From Parcubacteria group bacterium Gr01-1014_38 (GTDB lineage: Bacteria > Patescibacteriota > Andersenbacteria > UBA10190 > CAIZMI01): 64,000 nucleotides of DNA. The translations under genes and the position numbers were made by a program. The notes beneath the pieces were generated by a model. The model had not been told where the DNA came from. It did no database searches and worked only from the letters and a program-made list of their open reading frames with translations. Shown piece after piece: positions 57,241 through 64,000 of this stretch (its first letter is position 1; every line of letters begins with the position of its first letter). The stretch lies in NCBI GenBank assembly GCA_007376145.1, contig VMFP01000001.1:14639-78638 (forward strand), written 5' to 3'.

Positions 57241-58704
57241 CGTTGCCGGTAGCGGTGCTGACCCGCCCGGGCGCGCCCCGGCCCGCTCCGCCATCGCCAC
57301 GGCCGCACTGAGGGAAAACAGCGAGCCGATGAACCAGTGATAGTTCGCGAACGCGTACTTGTTGAACAAGAAGAACGCGAGGTGCACCGTTGCGGCGTAG
57401 AGCAGGAAGGCGGACAAGGACGCGCGGCTGGCGCGGGCGAGGAGCGTCCCCACCCCGAGTGCGGCGCCGATGCCCGCCACGCTCAGCACGAGCGGCGGGG
57501 GCGTCCACCCAAAGACCTGCGGGAAGACCGCCCCGAGGGCGAGGGCGTCGGCGCGTGCGGGCGTGCTCCAGAGGAACAGGATGACCCCGTGAAAGAATAC
57601 TCGCGGTCCCCACATCACAAACGGGAGTGCCACGGCCGCAGCGAGGGCCACCGCGGTGAGGATCGCCCGCGCGTTGGTGCGGCGGGCCGCCCACAGGGTC
57701 AGGACGGACAGCACACTGTATTGCTTCACGGCCAGCAGGCCCGCGAGGGCGACCGTCCGCCAGCACCGCCCGCGCTCCCCCGCGAGCGTCCAGACCACGG
57801 CCGTGAGGCCGAGCAGGAGTAACGGGTCGCTCCACGATAGCTCGAGCACAAAAAAGCCGCGTGGGTGGAGAAGCAGGGCGGCGAGGGCCAGCTCGCACGC
57901 GTGCCCGGGCGGGGCGCCGAGGCGCCGGCAGGCCGCGCGGGTGAGCGCGGCCGCGCCGATGGTGGCCGCGAGCAGGCTCCAGCGGATGTCGCCGAGTAGC
58001 AGGAAGCCCGGCACCATGGCAAGAATGCTCGCGGGCGGGTAGTTGTAGTGGTACACGAAGCGACCGTCGCGCACCCGCGCCGAGCCGTAGAATTGCTCGG
58101 CTTGCCGCTGCGTGTAGATGTTGGGGTAGGACGCTTCATACGGATTCTGCCGTTCGAGGAGCAGGCCGGCGGCCCGTTGGTGGAAGACCCACGTGTCAAT
58201 GTGGGGTGCGGGGGACGCCGTAATGGACCAGCTGCCCAGCAGGGCGGCAACGGCGGCGAGTGCCGGGAAACGGAGGGCGGGCCGCAGGAGCGCCGGGAGT
58301 GCGTAACTCGCGGCGATGAGACCGGCGGCGAGGATCCCCGCCCGGAAGACGGTGAGGTTCGCGTCGGGAGACGGGTAGAGCACCGGGAGGCGGTGGAGGT
58401 GGTCGATGAGAAGGCCGGCGATCAGTGCCGCGAGAAGGAAGGGGAGGGCGGCCGCGGCGCGGGCGCCGAGCTGCGGGGAAGGCTCGAGACGCAGGCCGAT
58501 CCCGGCGACGACGAGCGCACCGAACGCGAGGATGATCGCCCATGGGTCGTAGAAGCCGGAGCGGCGGGCCACTGCCCACGCGAGGAGGGCGAACGCGGTG
58601 AGCGCGACCGCGGCGATGGTGGCAGAGCGCTGATCGGGTTCACGCGCTGAGGGTGTCGTCCCGGGGGCGGCAGGCGTCTGGTGCCACGCAACCTCTGCGG
58701 CCAT
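57238..58704 (-). CDS. Multi-TM GT-C (GT87-like) glycosyltransferase
   Basis: ID, G/Q.NPY, YNYPP, GD.R, KQY, NY motifs; very GC-rich; start 6 nt after TACCAT. Confidence 0.7.
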   Translation of the reverse strand: MAAEVAWHQTPAAPGTTPSAREPDQRSATIAAVALTAFALLAWAVARRSGFYDPWAIILAFGALVVAGIGLRLEPSPQLGARAAAALPFLLAALIAGLLIDHLHRLPVLYPSPDANLTVFRAGILAAGLIAASYALPALLRPALRFPALAAVAALLGSWSITASPAPHIDTWVFHQRAAGLLLERQNPYEASYPNIYTQRQAEQFYGSARVRDGRFVYHYNYPPASILAMVPGFLLLGDIRWSLLAATIGAAALTRAACRRLGAPPGHACELALAALLLHPRGFFVLELSWSDPLLLLGLTAVVWTLAGERGRCWRTVALAGLLAVKQYSVLSVLTLWAARRTNARAILTAVALAAAVALPFVMWGPRVFFHGVILFLWSTPARADALALGAVFPQVFGWTPPPLVLSVAGIGAALGVGTLLARASRASLSAFLLYAATVHLAFFLFNKYAFANYHWFIGSLFSLSAAVAMAERAGARPGGSAPLPAT

Positions 58705-58842
58705 GAGCCTATGGTAGCGGGGGCCGGCGGCTGTACAAACTCCCCGTATGACTTTCCCCTTTTCTTTCAGGACGTGGGTATCTGCGTCTGACACGCGCCC
58801 TTGCCACAGCAAGAGTCTCAACGGTATCATCGTCCGCGGACC

Positions 58843-59451
58843 ATGCCACACACCCTCGATCCGCTTCCGTACGCCTACAACGCGCTCGAGCCGTACATCG
58901 ATGAGCAAACGATGCGGCTCCACCACGACAAGCACCACCAGACCTATGTGGATAAGTTGAACGCAGCGCTGGAGAACGCACCGGAGTTCGCGGCGAAGTC
59001 TCTTGACGATCTCCTCCGCGACCTCACTGCCGTTCCTGAGTCAGTCCGCACCGCCGTCCGCAATCACGGCGGCGGGCACACGAATCACTCCATTTTTTGG
59101 AAGAATATGCGGCCGGGCGGGGGTGGCGACCCCGGCGGTTCGCTTGCCGACGCACTCCAAAAAACATTTGGGGACTTGGCGAAATTCCGCGAGGAAATGA
59201 CCAAGGCAGCGACCGGCGTGTTTGGAAGCGGTTGGGCATGGCTTGTTGCTGAAGAGAGAACGCTCCGCGTTGTCCCGCGCCCGAACCAAGACAGTCCGCT
59301 TATGGACGGGCAAACGCCGTTGCTTGGCCTTGACGTGTGGGAGCACGCATATTACTTGAAGTATCAAAACAAACGCCCAGAGTACATCGCGGCGTGGTGG
59401 AATGTCGTCAACTGGGATGACGTGGCCGAGCGCTTCGCGGCGCATTCCTGA
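58843..59451 (+). CDS. sodA: Superoxide dismutase, Fe/Mn family (Mn-type signature)
   Basis: [38 protein letters not shown]. Confidence 0.96.
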   Translation: MPHTLDPLPYAYNALEPYIDEQTMRLHHDKHHQTYVDKLNAALENAPEFAAKSLDDLLRDLTAVPESVRTAVRNHGGGHTNHSIFWKNMRPGGGGDPGGSLADALQKTFGDLAKFREEMTKAATGVFGSGWAWLVAEERTLRVVPRPNQDSPLMDGQTPLLGLDVWEHAYYLKYQNKRPEYIAAWWNVVNWDDVAERFAAHS

Positions 59452-59452
59452 G

Positions 59453-59641
59453 ATGGAGTACACGAATACCGATTCCGTTCCAGAAAGTGGAGCCTACGTC
59501 TGCACCTCCTGTGGAGATACCCAGGAGTTCGAAGCCGGGGACGACTTTGTCATTTGCGATGCCTGCGGTGACGAGAGTGCCGGCTGGGAACCTCAGGTGA
59601 CCGAAGGAGCGGAAGAAGGGCTCGGAGAAGAAGAACGCTAG
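59453..59641 (+). CDS. Small acidic zinc-ribbon/rubredoxin-like protein
   Basis: G.YVCTSCG...ICDACG....W; starts 1 nt after the sodA stop. Confidence 0.75.
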   Translation: MEYTNTDSVPESGAYVCTSCGDTQEFEAGDDFVICDACGDESAGWEPQVTEGAEEGLGEEER

Positions 59642-59658
59642 AATCCCGCCTCACCACC

Positions 59659-60879
59659 ATGGAGACTTTCGGGAGGAAACCAGGACCCCTTTCTCTCTCG
59701 GCGCTTCTCGTGGCCGCAGGCCTCGGGTTTCTCGGCGGGGTCGTCGGCGCTTCGGTCGTGCGGCAGTCGGGGGGCGATACTCTTCCGCTTCTTGGGGGGA
59801 GCACTCCGGAGCAGTCGTCCCCACGAGCGTCTGGCCCCACGAGCGATCCGATTGCGGATGTCGTTGAGCGGGTGAACCCCGCGGTGGTCAGCGTGATCGT
59901 CACCAAGGACCTCCCGAAGCTGGAAGAGGTCTTTCTGGAGCCGTTCGGCCGCCCGTTCTTCGGTCCGTCGCCATTCCGGTTGCGGCTGCGGCGTCCGTCT
60001 GGAGAAACAGAAAAGCAGGAAGTGGGCGGCGGGACAGGCTTTGTGGTGAGCGCCGATGGTTTGATTCTTACCAACCGTCATGTGGTCGCCGATACCGAGG
60101 CGGAATACACCGTGGTCTTAAACACCGGCGAGAAAGTTCCCGCACGGGTGCTGGCGCGCGATCCCGCTCTTGACCTTGCCGTCTTGCGCGTGGATAAGCG
60201 CGGGCTTCCCACGATCCCATTCGGGGATTCGAGCGCGATCCGCGTCGGGCAAACAGTCATTGCCATCGGGAACGCCCTCGGGGAATTCCGCAACACCGTG
60301 AGCGTCGGGGTTATCTCTGGACTCGGGAGACAGATTACCGCGGGAAATCAGACGACGGGGCAGACCGAGGTACTCGACCACGTCATTCAGACCGACGCGG
60401 CCATTAACCCGGGAAATTCCGGTGGGCCGCTCCTCAACTTGCGGGGAGAAGCGATCGGCATCAACACGGCGATTGCGGGAGGCGCGGAGAACATCGGGTT
60501 CGCCATTCCTTCCACTGAAGCCTCTCGGGTGCTCGCCGACGTCCGGGCGCACGGGCGCATTGTGCGACCCTTCGTCGGCATTCGGTATATCGTGATTACA
60601 CCGGCGATCGCGAAGGCGAATGACCTCCCTGTCGACCACGGTGCGCTGGTCCTCCAAGGTGGGGAAGACGAACACGCCGTGATCCCAAGGAGTCCGGCAG
60701 ACCGCGCGGGGATTCAGGAGCGCGATATCATTCTCGAATTTGACGGTCAGCGGATTGATGAGCAGCACTCCCTGGCCTCGCTGATCCGACAGAAGAAGGT
60801 TGGTGACCGTGTCCGCCTGAAAGTGCTGTCGCGCGGGCAGGAGAAAACGGTAGAAGTTGTGCTTTCAGAAGCCCGATAA
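59659..60879 (+). CDS. htrA: HtrA/DegP serine protease with a PDZ domain
   Basis: GTGF, TNRHV, DLA, QTDAAINPGNSGGPL, SPA..AG. Confidence 0.95.
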   Translation: METFGRKPGPLSLSALLVAAGLGFLGGVVGASVVRQSGGDTLPLLGGSTPEQSSPRASGPTSDPIADVVERVNPAVVSVIVTKDLPKLEEVFLEPFGRPFFGPSPFRLRLRRPSGETEKQEVGGGTGFVVSADGLILTNRHVVADTEAEYTVVLNTGEKVPARVLARDPALDLAVLRVDKRGLPTIPFGDSSAIRVGQTVIAIGNALGEFRNTVSVGVISGLGRQITAGNQTTGQTEVLDHVIQTDAAINPGNSGGPLLNLRGEAIGINTAIAGGAENIGFAIPSTEASRVLADVRAHGRIVRPFVGIRYIVITPAIAKANDLPVDHGALVLQGGEDEHAVIPRSPADRAGIQERDIILEFDGQRIDEQHSLASLIRQKKVGDRVRLKVLSRGQEKTVEVVLSEAR

Positions 60880-60893
60880 CGGCTGGTCGGCGC

Positions 60894-61685
60894 GTGGCCT
60901 GGATGGACTACCCATCTCTCGCCGTCGTCCACGTGGGTTCGCTGTCCCTCCGGATGTGGGGGGTCTTCGTGGCGCTGGGCGTGCTCGCCGCGACGTTCGT
61001 GTCGGCAAAGCGAGGGCAGCGGCGAGGCGTTCCCGCGGAGCAGGTGTGGCATCTTTCGTTCTGGGTGACGCTTGCCGGGCTCATCGGTGGGCGAGCGCTC
61101 TACGTGGCGGAGTACTGGCGCGATTTTACCGCGGAACCGCTCGCGGTCTTCGCGATTTGGGAAGGGGGCATGTCCGCCGTCGGGTCTATCCTCCTCGGGG
61201 TGCTCGCAGGTTGGATCGTCGCGCGCCGACGCAGGATTCGACTCTGGCCACTGGCGAACGCCGTTGCCCCTGCGCTTCTTCTCGGCGATGCGCTCGGTCG
61301 GCTCGGGGGTGCCGCGTCACACATGTATGCCGGGGTTCCCACCCGATTCCCCCTTTCCTACGTTCTCGACGGCGTGCAGCGGCATGAGGTGGGAATCGAG
61401 TTATCCTTGGCGAGTGTTGCAGGATTCTTGCTCATTCTTGGAGCCGAAAGATTTCTGCGCAGACGGCAAGACCCCCTACTCTCTTCTCCCTCACTCGCAC
61501 TCCTCTGGTATTCGGCAGAACGGTTCTTCCTCGATTTCCTCCGCGCATCCGATCTTCCGCAGAGCGACCTTCGGTACGCGGGCTTGACCTTGGCCCAGTA
61601 CTTCGCGCTCGCTGGCTTCGCGGCGGGCGGATGCCTCCTCGCTTGGTCCTGGCGAGGAGCGCGTGTGCGTCATGGCCGCGCTTGA
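60894..61685 (+). CDS. lgt: Prolipoprotein diacylglyceryl transferase-like protein
   Basis: G.IGGR..YV, IW.GGMS..G, GRLG, RH, Y...RF..DF.R. Confidence 0.85.
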   Translation: MAWMDYPSLAVVHVGSLSLRMWGVFVALGVLAATFVSAKRGQRRGVPAEQVWHLSFWVTLAGLIGGRALYVAEYWRDFTAEPLAVFAIWEGGMSAVGSILLGVLAGWIVARRRRIRLWPLANAVAPALLLGDALGRLGGAASHMYAGVPTRFPLSYVLDGVQRHEVGIELSLASVAGFLLILGAERFLRRRQDPLLSSPSLALLWYSAERFFLDFLRASDLPQSDLRYAGLTLAQYFALAGFAAGGCLLAWSWRGARVRHGRA

Positions 61686-61707
61686 CATCCCTGCTATACT
61701 GCCTGGG

Positions 61708-61962
61708 ATGAAGCACGTCACCATCTACACCACTCCCACGTGCGGGTTCTGCGCCATGACGAAGAAGTACTTCCAGGAGAACAACGTGACGTATATGGAG
61801 AAAGACGTCTCGAAGGACTTCAACGCCGCGCAAGAGATGATCGGCAAAAGCGGTCAGATGGGCGTCCCGGTGATCGTCGTCGGCGATGGAGCGGGGGAGG
61901 AAACGCTCATCGTCGGCTTCAATCGCCCGCGGCTGGCGCAGGCACTAGGCCTGAAGGGATAG
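61708..61962 (+). CDS. Glutaredoxin-like (NrdH/YruB) protein
   Basis: IYTTPTCGFC, SGQMGVPV, VGF. Confidence 0.92.
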   Translation: MKHVTIYTTPTCGFCAMTKKYFQENNVTYMEKDVSKDFNAAQEMIGKSGQMGVPVIVVGDGAGEETLIVGFNRPRLAQALGLKG

Positions 61963-62038
61963 TCCCAACGATGATTCGAATCCCGAGCGGGTCCTGCCGC
62001 GCTGGGCCCTCCCACCCAGCGCGGCACCCGCATTCCTC

Positions 62039-62983
62039 ATGCAACAGAACGACATTTACGACGTCTTAATCGTTGGTCTTGGGCCGGGAGCGATTACGGC
62101 CGCCATCTATTCTTACCGGAAGCGCGCCAAAGCTCTTCTGATCGGGAAAGATTTCGGAGGAGCGGTGCTCGTTTCGGGGGAGATCGAGAACTGGCCGGGC
62201 GAAGTGCATACGGACGGGATTCAACTCTCGCAGAAGTTCGAGCAGCACGTCAAAAAGTACTGCACGGACATCTCCTGCTTTGATCAGTCGCTCGTGACAA
62301 AGATCGAGCGGGAAGGGAACCTCTTTCGCGTGCACAACGAACACGGGAAGAGCTACGTGAGCAGGACGGTCATCTACGCGACGGGCCGGAAGCCGAAGCA
62401 GCTCGGCGTTCCCGGCGAAGAACAGTACCGGAATAAGGGCGTATCCTACTGTGCCGTCTGCGACGGTCCGCTCTTTGGTGACAAAGAGGTGGCGGTCATT
62501 GGGGGAGGGAACTCTGCTCTCGAAGCGATCCTGATGCTTACGAAGATCGCCTCCAAGGTGACCGCAGTGAATATCAACCCGCAGTTTAAAGGAGACGAGA
62601 TCTACATCCAGCAGCTCCCGAAGCTCGCCAACGTCGAGGTGGTCTACGACGGCGTCACTGCGGAAATTCGCGGCGACGGAAAATTCGCCACCGGGATCGT
62701 GGTTCAGCACAAAGACACAAAAAAGACCCGGGAGTTTCCGGCAAAGGGGATTTTCGTCGAGATTGGATCACTCCCCATTATTGATCCCGTGAAAGACCTT
62801 GGCTTGGAACTCAACGCGTACAAGGATATCGTCGTTAGTCGGAACTGCGAAACCAACATCCCAGGCTTTTACGCGGTGGGGGATGTCACCGATGTCCGGG
62901 ATAAACAGATCGTCGTCGCCGCAGGGATGGGATGCACCGCAGCGTTGAGCGCAGGGGAGTATCTGGTGAAATCTTCCTCATGA
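62039..62983 (+). CDS. trxB: Thioredoxin-disulfide reductase (TrxB/AhpF-like)
   Basis: G.GPG, GVSYCAVCDG, GGGNSA.E, G.F..IG, GDVT. Confidence 0.92.
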   Translation: MQQNDIYDVLIVGLGPGAITAAIYSYRKRAKALLIGKDFGGAVLVSGEIENWPGEVHTDGIQLSQKFEQHVKKYCTDISCFDQSLVTKIEREGNLFRVHNEHGKSYVSRTVIYATGRKPKQLGVPGEEQYRNKGVSYCAVCDGPLFGDKEVAVIGGGNSALEAILMLTKIASKVTAVNINPQFKGDEIYIQQLPKLANVEVVYDGVTAEIRGDGKFATGIVVQHKDTKKTREFPAKGIFVEIGSLPIIDPVKDLGLELNAYKDIVVSRNCETNIPGFYAVGDVTDVRDKQIVVAAGMGCTAALSAGEYLVKSSS

Positions 62984-63009
62984 GGAAAAGGACGGCGGCG
63001 GCCGTCCTT
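62984..63009 (-). terminator. Intrinsic terminator, possibly bidirectional
   Basis: AAGGACGGC-GGCG-GCCGTCCTT with an adjacent A-run. Confidence 0.6.
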
Positions 63010-63116
63010 GCGGGGTTGGTTGCGCTCCCTTAACGCTCCGGCGTTCGTTCTCCGAGGGGCTTCTCCGCGCTCGTGGAGCGTTCGGTGATAAGAAAGTTCG
63101 AAGCAATTCCTCACCC

Positions 63117-63266
63117 TCACCTTCGAGGAAGAAGAGTGAAGACACGGCCGGTGGTGACGAGACGCTGTGCCTGCGCGAGACGCTCTTTTACAGCTTTGCG
63201 TTCGCGTTTTCCTTGCTCCACGATCCGCCGAAGGCGAGCCAGAGATTGCTTCCATTGGTGATTCAT
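63117..63266 (-). CDS. Small basic 49-aa orphan protein
   Basis: SD AAAGGAG 6 nt before the ATG; TTGACG-17-CAGAGT upstream; terminator downstream. Confidence 0.55.
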   Translation of the reverse strand: MNHQWKQSLARLRRIVEQGKRERKAVKERLAQAQRLVTTGRVFTLLPRR

Positions 63267-63418
63267 ACGCGCTCCTTTTCTTACCGGGAAAGACACCAGG
63301 AAAGACACTGCCGCATTGAGAAAGGACTGTCTCTACTCTGCAACACTCGATGGGTTTCGTCAAGCGTGGACATCTGTGCTATCGTGAAGGAACTCATCCG
63401 TAACTCATCCACACGTTC

Positions 63419-63562
63419 ATGGAAGCCTATTGCGTGAAGTGCAAAGCGAAGCGCGAAATGAAGGATCCGAAGCCGGTCACGCTGAAGAATGGAAAACCCG
63501 CGACGAAGGGTACGTGCCCGGTGTGCGGGACCTCCATGATGCGGATCGGCAAGCCTGTCTGA
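63419..63562 (+). CDS. DUF5679-like small zinc-binding protein (47 aa, below the ORF-track cutoff)
   Basis: MEAYCVKCKAKREMKDP..VTLKNGKPATKGTCPVCGT.M.RIG. Confidence 0.88.
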   Translation: MEAYCVKCKAKREMKDPKPVTLKNGKPATKGTCPVCGTSMMRIGKPV

Positions 63563-63600
63563 ACCAACCGCCGCACGCGGAACCAAAACCCGTGCATCCG

Positions 63601-63638
63601 GAAGAGGGAGCCCATGAGGGTTTCCTCTTCTGTGTTTG
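63601..63638 (+). terminator. Probable terminator hairpin
   Basis: GAAGAGGGAGCCC-ATGA-GGGTTTCCTCTTC followed by TGTGTTT. Confidence 0.55.
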
Positions 63639-63716
63639 TCCTTCCGCGTCCAAGGCGGAGCCTGCCTGGTTGTCTGACTGCCGTTCGCGGACTATCCTAA
63701 AGACCTAAAAGACGTC

Positions 63717-64000
63717 ATGCGCAGCATTTTTGCGGATCGTGCCGCCATCGTGTTGTCGGCGGTGCTCTTCCTTGGCTTAGAGACTTTGACGATCGTCACC
63801 CGCTTCACCTGGCCGCTGTTTACCGTCTTCCTCTTGTTTCTCCTGCTTGGAACGCTCATGGCGCTGCGGGAGGAGCTCCGCAGGCGTGGGCCGCACGTCG
63901 CCATTCTCCCACTCGCCTACATCGTGAGTGTCTTCCTCTTCCATCTCTTTGTGTCCCAAGGCCTTCTGCAGCATCTCTTCATCGCGGGGACAACCCTCGG
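63717..64000 (+). CDS. Multi-TM hypothetical protein, truncated by the window end
   Basis: ATG at 63717, open and hydrophobic to the end (MRSIFADRAAIVLSAVLFLG...). Confidence 0.7.
   Translation, partial: MRSIFADRAAIVLSAVLFLGLETLTIVTRFTWPLFTVFLLFLLLGTLMALREELRRRGPHVAILPLAYIVSVFLFHLFVSQGLLQHLFIAGTTL

Noticed and set aside
1-64000. Alternative genetic code (UGA=Gly), prophage, or rRNA genes
   Set aside because: Conserved genes end properly at TGA, and no phage structural, integrase or rRNA signatures were seen.

Overview
A GC-rich bacterial chromosome segment using genetic code 11 (TGA is a stop). It is most consistent with a Patescibacteria/CPR (Parcubacteria-like) genome; this is inferred from a fused secDF, a TrmB-type regulator, a membrane-anchored MurF next to DegT and FemABX genes, several GT-C glycosyltransferases and few Shine-Dalgarno sites. 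Most of the window is housekeeping: glycolysis (tpiA, fba, gap, pgk, eno), translation (map, frr, proS, lysS, serS, tsaC, tRNA-Gln, rnpB), cell shape and wall (mreBCD, mrdA, ftsQ, murF, femX), replication and repair (holB, dnaX, recJ, rnhA, xseAB), surface glycosylation, and redox (sodA, glutaredoxin, trxB). Small lower-GC orphan islands lie between these genes. Main unexplained signals: (1) a MITE-like family CCCCGTTAGA...TCTAACGGGG in two copies, each with a 4-bp target-site duplication, one forming the pgk 3' end and adjoining a candidate eno -10 box, the other inserted in frame in ftsQ; (2) a ~400-nt highly structured intergenic unit with its own promoter and terminator (52358-52764); (3) a 600-nt RNase P RNA with three large insertions; (4) an in-frame Map-YqgF/RuvX fusion; (5) heptamer repeats and palindromes inside genes; (6) probable leaderless housekeeping mRNAs, whereas orphan genes carry boxA-like and strong SD leaders; (7) a three-gene cassette bounded by 41-bp direct repeats; (8) adjoining IS1595 and tsaD remnants. 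No CRISPR array or rRNA was seen. All calls come from motif recognition by eye; no searches were run.
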